Below are positions 38,289-49,159 of a stretch of DNA of 64,000 nucleotides, in pieces. The stretch is from Octopus vulgaris. Its lineage: Eukaryota. Within the stretch, counting starts at the first letter, position 1; every line of letters starts with the position of its first letter. The stretch covers positions 11,718,001 through 11,782,000 of the forward strand of contig OX597826.1 in NCBI GenBank assembly GCA_951406725.2. Reading direction: 5' to 3'. The position numbers and the translations under genes are program-made. Below the pieces are notes generated by a model. It saw only the letters and a program-made list of their open reading frames with translations. It was not told the DNA's origin and did no database searches.

Positions 38289-38550
38289 TGTATGTATGTA
38301 TGCATGCATATATGTATGTATGTGTATATGTGAGTGTGTATGTGTGTTTGTTTACGCTTGACAACTGGTATTGGTGTATTTACGTTCCCATATATTAGCG
38401 GTTCGGCAAAAGTGACCGATAGAATAAATAACAGGCTTTAAAGAAAGTACTGGGGGTCGATTTATTCCACTAAATTTTTTGAGGCAGTGCCGCAGTATGG
38501 CCGCAGTCCAATGATCGAAACAAGTAGAAGATAAAATACAAAAGATCCCT

Positions 38551-38926
38551 AGGCGCAGGAGTGGCTGTGTGGTAAGTAGCTTGCTTACCAACCACATGGT
38601 TCCGGATTCAGTCCCACTGCGTGGCATCTTGGGCAAATGTCTTCTGCTATGGCCCCGGGCCAACCAATGCCTTGTGAATGGATTTGGTAGACGGAAACTG
38701 AAAGAAGCCCGTTGTATATATGTGTTTGTGTGTCTGTGTTTGTCCCCCTAGCATTGCTTGACAACCGATGCTGGTGTGTTTATGTCCCCCGTTACTTAGC
38801 GGTTCGGCAAAACAGACCGATAAAATAAGTACTGGGCTTACAAAAGAATAAGTCCCGGGGTCGAGTTGCTCGATTAAAGGCGGTGCTCCAGCATGGCCGC
38901 AGTCAAATGACTGAAACAAGTAAAAG
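38551..38926 (+). mobile_element. Complete SINE family B copy
   Basis: tRNA-like head GGCGCAGGAGTGGCTGTGTGGTAAG...GGTTCCGGATTCAGTCCC and tail GGCGGTGCTCCAGCATGGCCGCAGTCAAATGACTGAAAC; many other copies in the window. Confidence 0.9.
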
Positions 38927-39186
38927 CCGTCGAGATTTTGTATTACTCTTTTAGTCGAGCATACAAACTGAATTCGAGCCACACGCCAATATACCGCAGC
39001 TGCACACTGTTCGCTCTCTGTCCTTTTCTGCTGCTACTGAACCGGCCTTTATATATCCTATATCATATATCATATATTAGCGCTTTCGCCCATTCTAGTG
39101 GAGTTTTCAAATGATGGACTATGGACTCCGTGTGGGCAGTCATCTAAAAGTTTTGTTCGTCATGATTCTAACATAAGTTCCTTGTC

Positions 39187-39267
39187 TTTCCTGATGAGAA
39201 GGCGGCATAATGCACCCTTTATTCCTTCGGAATTAAGAATATGCAGTCTTCGAAACATATGTCGAGA
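39187..39267 (+). ncRNA. Canonical type-I hammerhead ribozyme motif
   Basis: TTTC-CTGATGA-GAAGGC.GCATA...TATGC.GTCTTC-GAAA-CATATG-TC-GAGA, followed by AATAAA. Confidence 0.8.
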
Positions 39268-39472
39268 ATAAAGGAATTTTGTTAAATCGTCGTTCGACTC
39301 CATTCTTTCATTTATCTATAGTAAAAAAACACACAAATTTCCACACGAAAGCACGTGATTTCTGCCCTTGGCATGTAGCTTCAACCGTGCTTTCTGACGT
39401 AAATTTGCTACCCGGGTATCGATTAACCGAATTATCCATACTAGGATAATTCATTCAACTACTTAAACATTC

Positions 39473-39621
<149 letters not shown>

Positions 39622-40013
39622 CTATTATTTCTAAATCTCTGAAGGAGAAATATACATCAACAGTAGTACTTTAGAGTAAAATTTATTTGCCAACGTAATT
39701 GGCAGGCCTGATTAGGACGAATGTTACTACTATTTAAAAAACAGGAAAACAGCTTCTCCAGTTGGCTATCGACGCATTACCTGCGTCCTTTCATTTAGAA
39801 CAAGGGACCTAGTGTCCCCACTCAGCTCAAAGCGATGCGATATCTGTGTACCAATGAGTTCTGGGTTATTTCCCTTATATATATATATCTTATATTTCAT
39901 CTTTCACAATCTTTTTATCAATATCCGAACGAGTTAAGCGACACGGATTCAGTACAATCTCCTGTAACAATATAATTATTCTGTTACAACTTTTCTGATG
40001 TATCCTTCATTAT

Positions 40014-40122
40014 TGCACTGACGAAAATGGTAATATATAATTAAATTAATTTTAATTATTATTAATTCAATCTCTTCCATGTTTCTTACATGCCGTGTTA
40101 CCATTTGAAACGATCGTATGCA
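40014..40122 (+). ncRNA. Type-I hammerhead ribozyme motif
   Basis: TGCA-CTGACGA-AAATGGTAATA...TGTTACCATTT-GAAA-CGATCG-TA-TGCA: 11-bp helix II, palindromic helix III ACGATCGT. Confidence 0.75.
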
Positions 40123-40229
40123 TAGATTAAAATTCTATGAAAGTTTTAACATCGCTTCTCCATCTTTAATTGTTTGTTGAGCTTATATAGGACTGTGTTC
40201 TATAAATGCTCACACCTTATACTTATACT

Positions 40230-40284
<55 letters not shown>

Positions 40285-40559
40285 GTGTGTGTGTATGTAT
40301 ATGTTTGTGTGTCTATGTTTGTCCCCCCAACATCGCTTGACAACCGATGGTCATGTGTTTACGTCCCCGTAACTTAGCGGTTCGGCCTAAGAGACGAATA
40401 GAATAAGTATTAAGCTTCCAAAGAACAAGTCCTGTGGTTGATTTGCTAAAGGCGGTGCTCCAGCATGGCCGCACTCAAATGACTGAAACAAGTAAAAAAG
40501 TAAAAGAGTAAAAGAGAGAGAGAGAGAGAGTAAAGGAGAGTATATATATATATATATGT

Positions 40560-40721
40560 TTCTCTCCGTGTTTCTTTTCTGTGTATCTTTCTGTTCGAAG
40601 AGCATAGGCTCGAAACGTAAAAGACTTGTTTTATTTATATTCCTGAGCGCCATACTAATACATTGTTTGTTTGTACTCCACCTGCCTTCGTCTTTTGTTT
40701 ATTTTCGTAAACCTTCCCGTT
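40560..40721 (+). mobile_element. Penelope-like family A copy between (TA)n tracts (hammerhead-like motif 40586-40624)
   Basis: TCTTT-CTGTTCGA-A-GAG-catagg-CTC-GAAAC-GTA-AAAGA. Confidence 0.6.
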
Positions 40722-40814
40722 ATATATATATATATATATATATAAATGATGTGTCCGAGAAAAAGTTTTATCTCTCCATTTTCCATGTGCCTCATGGAGA
40801 TAGCTCATGTGCCT

Positions 40815-41178
40815 CATGGAGATGTCATATGAAATTGTCACCCATAATTATGACCCTAGTATCGATCTATTGCATTTCAATCTGTTTTAGGGTTAGGGTT
40901 AGGGTGGGGGAAGGGTATCTTTTTTCCTTCAGAAATGTAAACGAGGGACATATTCATACGGCACAGTATGTTTTCACCTCAATAGACGTCATTGATTGGT
41001 TGAAGTTGCAGAATTTGAAGAAAAAGAACAACAAATATCTTACAAACTATAGAATTTTCTCAATAAAGCCAAGAGAAAAAAATGTTTTATAAACACATTC
41101 TACCAGTATACGAAGTTTAAAAGTGTTTAGTTGCGTGGAAATTATTTTAAAAAACTGCCGTTCAAACCGAAAAGATCC
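40815..41178 (-). mobile_element. Merlin-like MITE copy (one end lost), inverted relative to 45454-45849
   Basis: Reverse complement of 45454-45840; ends in AAGATCC; contains TTAGGGTTAGGG. Confidence 0.7.
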
Positions 41179-42230
41179 TAAACCGTCACCCCAACCAGAT
41201 CCTCCGAAAAGAGAAAACGATAGAGAAGATGCACCTCTGAAAACCAGCCTAACAGCCCGAGCTGATGCTCCCGAATCATACAAGTAAAAGGGCGCATCTC
41301 AGTCTTTTAGTATAGTGGGTGGTTGGTGGTTGAATACGAAATCCGATCGATAGAGAACCCAATCAATTGCTTTCAAGATTACATTTAATCTGTCGCTTGC
41401 TTTTTCATAATCAGCTAACATCTGGGGTGCCTTCAGTAGAGTCCGCTCTGTTACAAGCCATCGGGTCACGGTTCAAGTTTGAGAAGATATTTTCTTCTCT
41501 CATTCGTATCCGAGGCATTGTAACGAGTCGTGGAATCTCTTTCCTCTCGACTAACAATACACAAAAGAAAATCAGAATGCCACATATCATGTCTGTTAGT
41601 TATCTAATCCGTGGCTGTCTTCTGTCAGGAAGAAACCTTCATTTTGTATATCGCATTTACGCATGCGGTTATGGCGATATATTTCATGAAAGTGTAAACA
41701 AGGAAATAGGAACAATAAAAAAAAAAAGAGCTGCTGGTATACAAATAAGAATCACTATTGGGGTAAAGGTTAGCGAAATGAGTAAATGCTACATAATCTC
41801 CTTCAAAATCACTAATAAACCTTAAATTCATCGCACAACTATCTTTTCAATATGTAATTAAGCGTAAGTACAATAACAGCTTGAAATTTATGAGTAAAGG
41901 GAAGTAACTCTTTAGTATTTGTATTTTATTATTTCCCATGATTAATGAAAAAAAAAACCTTCTCTCGACCGTGTATACGAGGAATATTATTATAGGAAAA
42001 TAGCTACAATTTCTGAGTGGAACATGTTGCTAAAGACATCAAAGAATTTTCCAGATACCAACAACAAAATGTATAAAACGTCTAAGCAATTTTTCAAAAG
42101 CGAAAACTTAATTTTTGCTAAATAGTTTGGTACGTGGTTCCTGAAACCATTCACGAATAATCTTAGTAATGTGATCGTGTGTGTGTGTGTTGTGTACTGT
42201 GATGTCCTGGTATTGTTATTATTATTGTTG

Positions 42231-42268
<38 letters not shown>

Positions 42269-42537
42269 GTTTTTTTTGGTATTATTTTTGTATTTATATT
42301 CGTGTAACGTCGTCCGTTTTCCGTCCTTGTTTCGTATACATTCGAAGCCTTCTTCCAAGTAATCTAATGCGCTTAGCTTAGTTTTTCCTTGGGGCTGGCC
42401 AGATTGGAGCAATCTCAAGATTAATCAGCCGAAGTTGCGAGGATGATCCGGTTCTTGACTGAAGATTAAAGGCTTCGAATGACCCGTCCGTGTTTTTTGT
42501 ATCGTCTATTTGGATGTTTTGCGTTCTTGTCCCATTT

Positions 42538-42615
<78 letters not shown>

Positions 42616-42617
42616 CA

Positions 42618-42848
42618 CAGTAATCCCTCGCCATATCGCAGCTCACCTATCGCGGTTCACCATATCGCGGTTTGTTATTTAAGCTTACGTCGATTCCTCC
42701 GTGATGCTGTTTTCCAGTGATAAAAAAATAAATATATAGAAATTATAAAAAAAAAAAACACACAACTGTACTGTTTCCATTTTGCGGATTTTCACCTATC
42801 GTAGGGTGGTTTTGGAACGTAACACCCGCGATAGTCGAGGGATTACTG
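42618..42848. mobile_element. Tigger/pogo-like MITE
   Basis: TIRs CAGTAATCCCTCG...CGAGGGATTACTG in a TA context. Confidence 0.85.
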
Positions 42849-43110
42849 TATATATATATATATATATATATATATGCATGGCACGAAGCTGTGTAATATC
42901 ATCTGAATGATAACTGATTTAGGGACCTGAATCTGTTTTCCGTCCGTTTATACACTTAATATACATTTTTCTGTACACATTTATTATACGCTTTTTAACT
43001 TGCAATTCTGTGTCAGTTTTTCGTTTGTGCAATTACTATACGTTTTTTTTAATATTTAAATATATATATATATACATACATACATACATTTATATATATG
43101 CATATATATG

Positions 43111-43143
<33 letters not shown>

Positions 43144-43422
43144 ATACATGCTTATATATATATATGCATATATATATATGCATATATATATAACGACCTC
43201 GAACACACAAGTGCAAACAAGAGAGACAGAGAAAGGCAGAAGCAAGGAAAATGCCACTTATATATGAACACTATACAAATATTCCTTTAAAAAAACTTTT
43301 CTTTTAATTTTTCTAAATTTAATTATTTAATCGTTACAGTTGAAAATGTCTCAAAATGACCGAAACCGGTACTGAAATGTTCTTTATAAAATTATTTTAG
43401 CATTTTCTATCTTGACTTGTTT

Positions 43423-43453
<31 letters not shown>

Positions 43454-43488
43454 CGACGGTTTCCGTTTGTTGTGTTTTTTTACTTTTC

Positions 43489-43532
<44 letters not shown>

Positions 43533-43566
43533 GTATGTATATATATATACATATAAATACATATAT

Positions 43567-43598
<32 letters not shown>

Positions 43599-43726
43599 AT
43601 ACACACACATATATATATACATTATATATACATATATATACATATATAGACATATATACATATATATACATATATACATATATATACATATATATATATG
43701 TATATGCATATATATACATATACATA

Positions 43727-44105
43727 TGGAGTGGTTGTGTGATAAGTAGCTTGCTTACCAATCACATGGTTCCGGGTTCAGTCCCACTGCGTGGCACCTT
43801 GGTCAAATATAGCCTCGTGCCAATCAAAGCCTTGTGAGTGGATTTGGTAGACGGAAATATATATGTATATATATATATATGTGTGTGTGTGTTTGTGTGT
43901 CTGTGTGTCTGTGTTTGTACCCCCAACATCGCTTGCCAACCGATGCTGGTCTGCTTACGTCCCCGTAACTTAGCGGTTCGACAAAAAGGCCGATAGAGTA
44001 AGTACTAGGCTTACAAAAAATAAGTCATTGGGTCGATTTGCTCGACTAAAGGTGGTGCTCCAGCATGGCCGCAGTCACATGACTGAAACAAATAAAAGAG
44101 TAAAG
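43727..44105 (+). mobile_element. SINE family B copy
   Basis: Matches 38551-38926. Confidence 0.85.
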
Positions 44106-44188
44106 TAAATGATCTTCCCTAAATACTCATAGCACTCTTTCAAAAGAATTGTCTTCGTTCTCTTTGAGCAAACAAAAGACAGATTTAG

Positions 44189-44896
44189 CCGGGGCAAAAT
44201 GAGTAAGAGACGATAAGGTAAATATGCGCCTTCAGTTCTCCAGAATTACATTTGAAAACAGACTCTCGTACACATCAATATCCATCCTTAGACATTAAAA
44301 TAATCAGAAATGCAGCAAAAATTGAAATTATCTCGGTCAAATAAAAGAGGACCTTGGAAAAATGGCACATCATATGAAATTACGAAACTCAACTAGATAA
44401 AAAAAACCTCAACATAAAATGTTCTCTATAACTTCTTCCCGATCCACTGGAGAAGCTTTCTTCCTGATATATTTACGGATCATGTAGTTAAAAAGGAGAA
44501 ATTGTTGAAATTTGACATTACTCATTTTACCCCACTTTAGACATCATTTTTGAAACTTGAAAATCCCACATTAGTGTGGGGGTGAAAATGACTAGAAATC
44601 CAACAGAGAAAAGATAATTGATTGTTAAACACCAAAAATTATCCAGATATTTGATTAGCTACTTCAATTACAATCGGGTTCAAAGTTGAAGAAAAATTTC
44701 CTGAAAAAATAGTACCAGTCACCTGGCTGTTTCGGACTCTCTTAAGTTCAATAAGAACAACTATGCTGACCAGTTTTTACCAGGTAAAGATGATATAATA
44801 TTACAAAATAATGATAAAATATTTGCAATGTAATGATTTCAAAAAGCTTGGGAGGAAAAAAAAACGAGAACTACGAAGTTACTCATTTTACCCCGG
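44189..44896. mobile_element. Probable non-autonomous DNA transposon remnant
   Basis: Inverted CCGGGGCAAAATGAGTAA / TTACTCATTTTACCCCGG, plus an internal repeat of the motif near 44520. Confidence 0.45.
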
Positions 44897-45453
44897 TTTC
44901 TAATTTTGCACCCCACCACCATATTATAATGTATAAAACCCGGCATTACTAAATGTTTTATTGTTTTTCAACTGGTGCCATGGTTGCAATATTTGAACAG
45001 ATTTCCTCCTGATTTGGTGCCGTAAGGATTAGAGTTCAACTTCGTATAAGACAATGTTCAGGAAACGTTCCTAGGTAATACTCGCTTACGATGTAAAGTG
45101 AATATTGGCTGCTGATTTAGACACAAGGCCTGCAGTTTTGAGGAGAGAGAGTTAGTAGATACCATACCGCAATACGATAAAATCTCATTATGGTGTATAC
45201 AGGAAAACTTCAGTTAACTGAAGTTATACACGAGAAGAGAAAGCAAGACAACAACGAAAGAACATGTTAAAAGTACCTAAATCAAGGAACAGCAAGGGAG
45301 ATAATTCTAACAAATCGATCTAAACCAGTGCATCTCAACCATTTTTACCCATGGACCCCTTTGACTCCCGTTTTACTCAGGTGGACCCTCATAGCCAGTC
45401 AATGTTTAAAAAATCCTATTATATTTTCGTAATTAGATATTATTAGGAATAGC

Positions 45454-45849
45454 GGATCTTTTCGGTTTGAACGGCAGTTTTTTAAAATAATTTCCACGTA
45501 ACTAAACACTTTCAAACTTCGTATACTGGTAGAATGTGTTTCTAAAACATCTTTTTCTCTTGGCTTTATTGAGAAAATTCTATAGTTTGTAAGATATTTG
45601 TTGTTTTTTTTCTTCAATTTCTGCAATTTCAACCAATCAATGACGTCTATTGAGGTAAAAAAAAAAAACCCCACATTCTGTGCCGTATGAATGTGTCCCT
45701 CATTTAAGAAACAGATTGGGTTTATTTACATTTTGTAAAAGAAAAGATACCCTTCCTCCCACCCCTAACCCTAACCCAGATTGAAATGCAATAGATCGAT
45801 ACTAGGGTTATAATTATGGGTGACCATTTCATATGACACCGCAAGATCC
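45454..45849 (+). mobile_element. Merlin-like MITE with 8-bp TSD
   Basis: Termini GGATCTT/AAGATCC; GGAATAGC at 45446-45453 and 45850-45857; internal CCCTAACCCTAACC. Confidence 0.75.
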
Positions 45850-45944
45850 GGAATAGCATTAAAAAATTGTTAAAATATTTTGAGTATTGCAGAAGTATGA
45901 GTCACTGTAAATTCTGTCGAATATTGATGAGTGTGTATATGTGC

Positions 45945-45986
<42 letters not shown>

Positions 45987-45989
45987 GAG

Positions 45990-46220
45990 GCTAGTCTTGA
46001 CTAGTTGATCCTTACTTTGTGTTTTTGTGTGTTATTTACTTTGTTTAAAAAATTATTTACCCAGTGTTTTTGTGTTTTATTTACTTTGTTTTTAAAAAAA
46101 TTATTTACTTTGTGTAAAAAAAAATTATTTAGTTTGTGTTTTATTTACGTTGCTATGTAGTCATTGTAGGATCGACTAGTCACGACTAGCTAGCGCGGAT
46201 GCGCGCACCGGGACTACTGA
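45990..46220 (-). mobile_element. Truncated, inverted copy of the MULE-like MITE, just upstream of exon 1
   Basis: CTAGTCTTGACTAGTTGATCCTTACTTTGTG... and ...TGTAGGATCGACTAGTCACGACTAGCTAGCGCGGATGCGCGCACCGGGAC are reverse complements of the two ends of 46669-47012. Confidence 0.8.
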
Positions 46221-46386
46221 TCGCTACAATATCTTCGTAATTGTCTCCTCTGTTATTGTTGTGTTTTCCTCGCTCGCCGCTAAGTGGCGCTACCTGCTTC
46301 CGTCCCGTGTTCTGCGGTCCTTCACAACAAGAAACTTCAGCGCCGAACCAAAGAGGACTTCAAAGGAGACAGAAACAAACCCAGCG
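46220..46386 (+). promoter_or_regulatory. Probable promoter/5' UTR of the HSD17B12-like gene
   Basis: CpG-rich stretch directly before the ATG; ETS-like CTTCCG and CTCF-like CCGCTAAGTGGCGC; TSS not determinable. Confidence 0.45.
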
Positions 46387-46582
46387 ATGCACGAGGAATT
46401 TACGAGCACCGTTCGGGGCTTCCTGGGCGTTACCAACGAGTACTTCTCTTGTTTCGGTTTCATTATCTACAGCGTTGTGGTGTGTCGCGTAATGACGTCC
46501 TTCCTCATGGCTGTGACCCAACCTTTGTTTTCCAAACACGCCGGATGGTTGCGTCGGTTGAGGTCCATGGGCGACTGGGCAG
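46387..46582 (+). CDS. HSD17B12: HSD17B12/KAR-like reductase, exon 1 (MHEEF...TM segment...MGDWA)
   Basis: Hydrophobic N-terminal anchor ending GDWA+G|gttcgt; the phase-1 junction joins exon 2 to give WAVVTGSTDGIG, the family's conserved motif. Confidence 0.75.
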
Positions 46583-46668
46583 GTTCGTTCATGACTTTTT
46601 CTTTGTGACCCCTCTTATTATTATTATTTTTATTATTATAGCTTTTTCGGTAAAATAAGGACAAGTTG

Positions 46669-47012
46669 GGTGCCACTTGAGAACAGTGGTCCCGGTGCGC
46701 GCACTCGCGTAGTCGCGCATCCGCGCTATAGCTAGTCGTGACTAGTCGATCCTACAAAATGAATAATTTTTTTAACACAAAATAGTTTTGGTACTACTAG
46801 CGAAGACTGGACCCGGTGCACACACACACACACATACATACACATATGCGCACATATACACACGCACACATACATATATACACACAGTAGTACCATAGTT
46901 TTTTTAAACAAAGTAAATAACACAAAGTAAGGATCGACTAGTCATGACTAGGTGGCGCGGATGCGCGAGTACGCTAGTGCGCGCACCGGGACCACTGTTC
47001 TCAAGTAGTACC
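46669..47012 (+). mobile_element. MULE-like MITE with long TIRs and 9-bp TSD, inserted in a SINE remnant
   Basis: ~85-bp TIRs GGT(G/A)C(C/T)ACTTGAGAACAGTGGTCCCGGTGCGCGCAC...; flanks GACAAGTTG (46660-46668) and AACAAGTTG (47013-47021). Confidence 0.85.
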
Positions 47013-47648
47013 AACAAGTTGAACACTGGGGTTGATATTATCGACTCGTTCCTCCCCCCCCCGAACTTGCTGGCCTTGTGCCAAAATTTGAAATCCTCCT
47101 CCTCCTCATTATTATTATTACTATTAATGAGGTATTGATGTAAACCTTCACTGTGTCCTGTCCTAGGAGCCTCCCCCGTTGCCTTTAAGCACCTGTGGCT
47201 AACAAAGATGTTGGCAGACTCGTTAGAGTGTCCGACGGAATGCTTAGCAGCATTTCTCCTGGCTTTTTACATTTCTGAGTTCAAATCCAACCGAAGTCAA
47301 CTTTGTCTTTCATCCTTTCGAGGTCGATAAAATAGAGTTGATGTCATCGACCAACCGCTTTCCTTCCTACAATTGCTTGCCCTGTGTCAAAATTTGAAAC
47401 AATTATTATTTTATGAAAGAAAGGCAGTGGATTGATAGAATTGCTGGGGCGTCGGGTCAAATGCTTTGCGGTATATACTTACTGCACTTTACGCATTAAG
47501 TTCAAATCTTGCCTATTACACCTCGGGACTCGATGTAATAAAGCATCAGCCAAATATTGGGCTCGATTTAATCGACTAATCTCTCACCTGTCGAAATTGC
47601 TAATCACCCTACTAAATTACAAATAGTATATATATATATATATATATA

Positions 47649-47779
47649 CAGGGTGTCCCAAAAAAATGTATACACATAGTGGTTCAGCAAAAAAGAACGA
47701 TAGAATAAGTACTAGGCTTACAAAGAATAACAAATTTACAATTATTTAAGGTGTGTATACGTTTTTTTGGGACACCCTG
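47649..47779. mobile_element. Tc1/mariner-like MITE
   Basis: TA|CAGGGTGTCCCAAAAAAA...TTTTTTTGGGACACCCTG|TA. Confidence 0.85.
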
Positions 47780-49159
47780 TATATATATAAATATATATAT
47801 ATATATATAAAAAGCTGTAGATAGTTATAATTATATGAACCATGCTGTTTTCGTTCTGAGTTCAAACTCCACTGAAATCTGTTTTGCATTTCACCTTTCT
47901 GTGGTTTATGAAATAAAGACCAAATCAGGTGTTCGATATAATTGCATGTTTCCCTTCCTATAGATTTGTGACTTTTAAAAAATGATTTTAATCATTCTTT
48001 TTCTGTCTTAATGTCAAATATCCTTTTTCTTTTTTTATTCTCCGGACTGCGATAGGAAAAGTACGTATCAATAAAACGCTACGGTTGTCTATTTAATTGT
48101 CTTCGGCTGCCCCCTCCACCATTTCTACTAAATATGCCAGCATTTCAAAGATAACGGTCCAAATCAGGGTTTTAAAAAATATTAATTGAAGGTCCGATTT
48201 AGTTTTCAGATATGCGCATGCGTGATTCATGTTCAAAATTCCGGCTACCCCTTGTTTGACTATGACTACCCATGTACCAAAATAAATCATGATTGCAGAT
48301 AGGGTGGATGACACATAAGATTGCCTTTTTTTCTTTCTATGCTAGCTTGGGTTTGTTGAAAGTATATTACAAGGCGTTATTTTACTGCTAGATACCCCTG
48401 CTATGGTTAACCCTTACCTGTTACCTACGTAATGGATTAAAAAACACTTCCATACGTCTTTGAAAGTGCAGAGCTATCGCTCAGTATTTTGACAAGGAAT
48501 TATCAACAAATTTCGAGTGTTTACATTCGATAAAGTGCAGAATGTAAACATACACACACACACATGCATTCACACATGAATGCATATACACACTTACGAA
48601 TGTATATATAACAGACGTTGTACAATTTCTGTCTGCTAAATTCACTCGTAAGGTATAATCTGTTCAGAGCTGCATAAAATACTTCCCTTCCCCTGTGGTT
48701 GAGAAGCAAGATGTCTTAACTATATTGTCTTACCTGCAATGTTCAGTTACCTGAGTTTATATCCTACCTATTTCAGTGTCTTGAACATTTTCTTTATCTA
48801 TTTAGAATACCAAATACATCTCATGATGCCTTACAAGACTATTCAATCGATGCCACTGCTTAACTGGTGTTTTATTTCAATGACCCCAGGAGAATGAAGG
48901 GCAAAATTGACATCAGTAAGATTTGAACATGGAAAATACTGTTGGACACTCTACCGATTCTGTCTGCATATTTTCTCTTTTATTTGTTTCAGTCAATTGG
49001 GGCACTACCTTGAAGGGTTTAGACAAACAAATCGATCCCCAGTGCTTATTTGTTAAGTCTGATACTTGTTCTATCAGTTGCTTTTACCGAACTGCTAAGT
49101 TGTGGGAATATACTTAAGATAACTAGTTGTTAAGCAGTGGTGATGGGGCAAACACATCA

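Noticed and set aside
40887-40904. TTAGGG repeats as a telomere or interstitial telomere
   Set aside because: Only about three units, internal to a MITE present twice.
42370-42540. Repeat related to 400-580 as another hammerhead carrier
   Set aside because: Probably PLE-like, but the helices could not be closed convincingly.
46261-46386. GTG-initiated N-terminal extension resembling a mitochondrial presequence (MFSSLAAKWRYLLPSRVLRSF)
   Set aside because: It needs a non-ATG start in a eukaryote; the ATG at 46387 gives a normal KAR N-terminus. An upstream exon cannot be excluded without transcripts.
48090-48760. NRF1-like TGCGCATGCG and minus-strand CAG|GTAAG donors suggesting an antisense gene
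   Set aside because: Short motifs expected by chance; no coherent ORF or exon chain.
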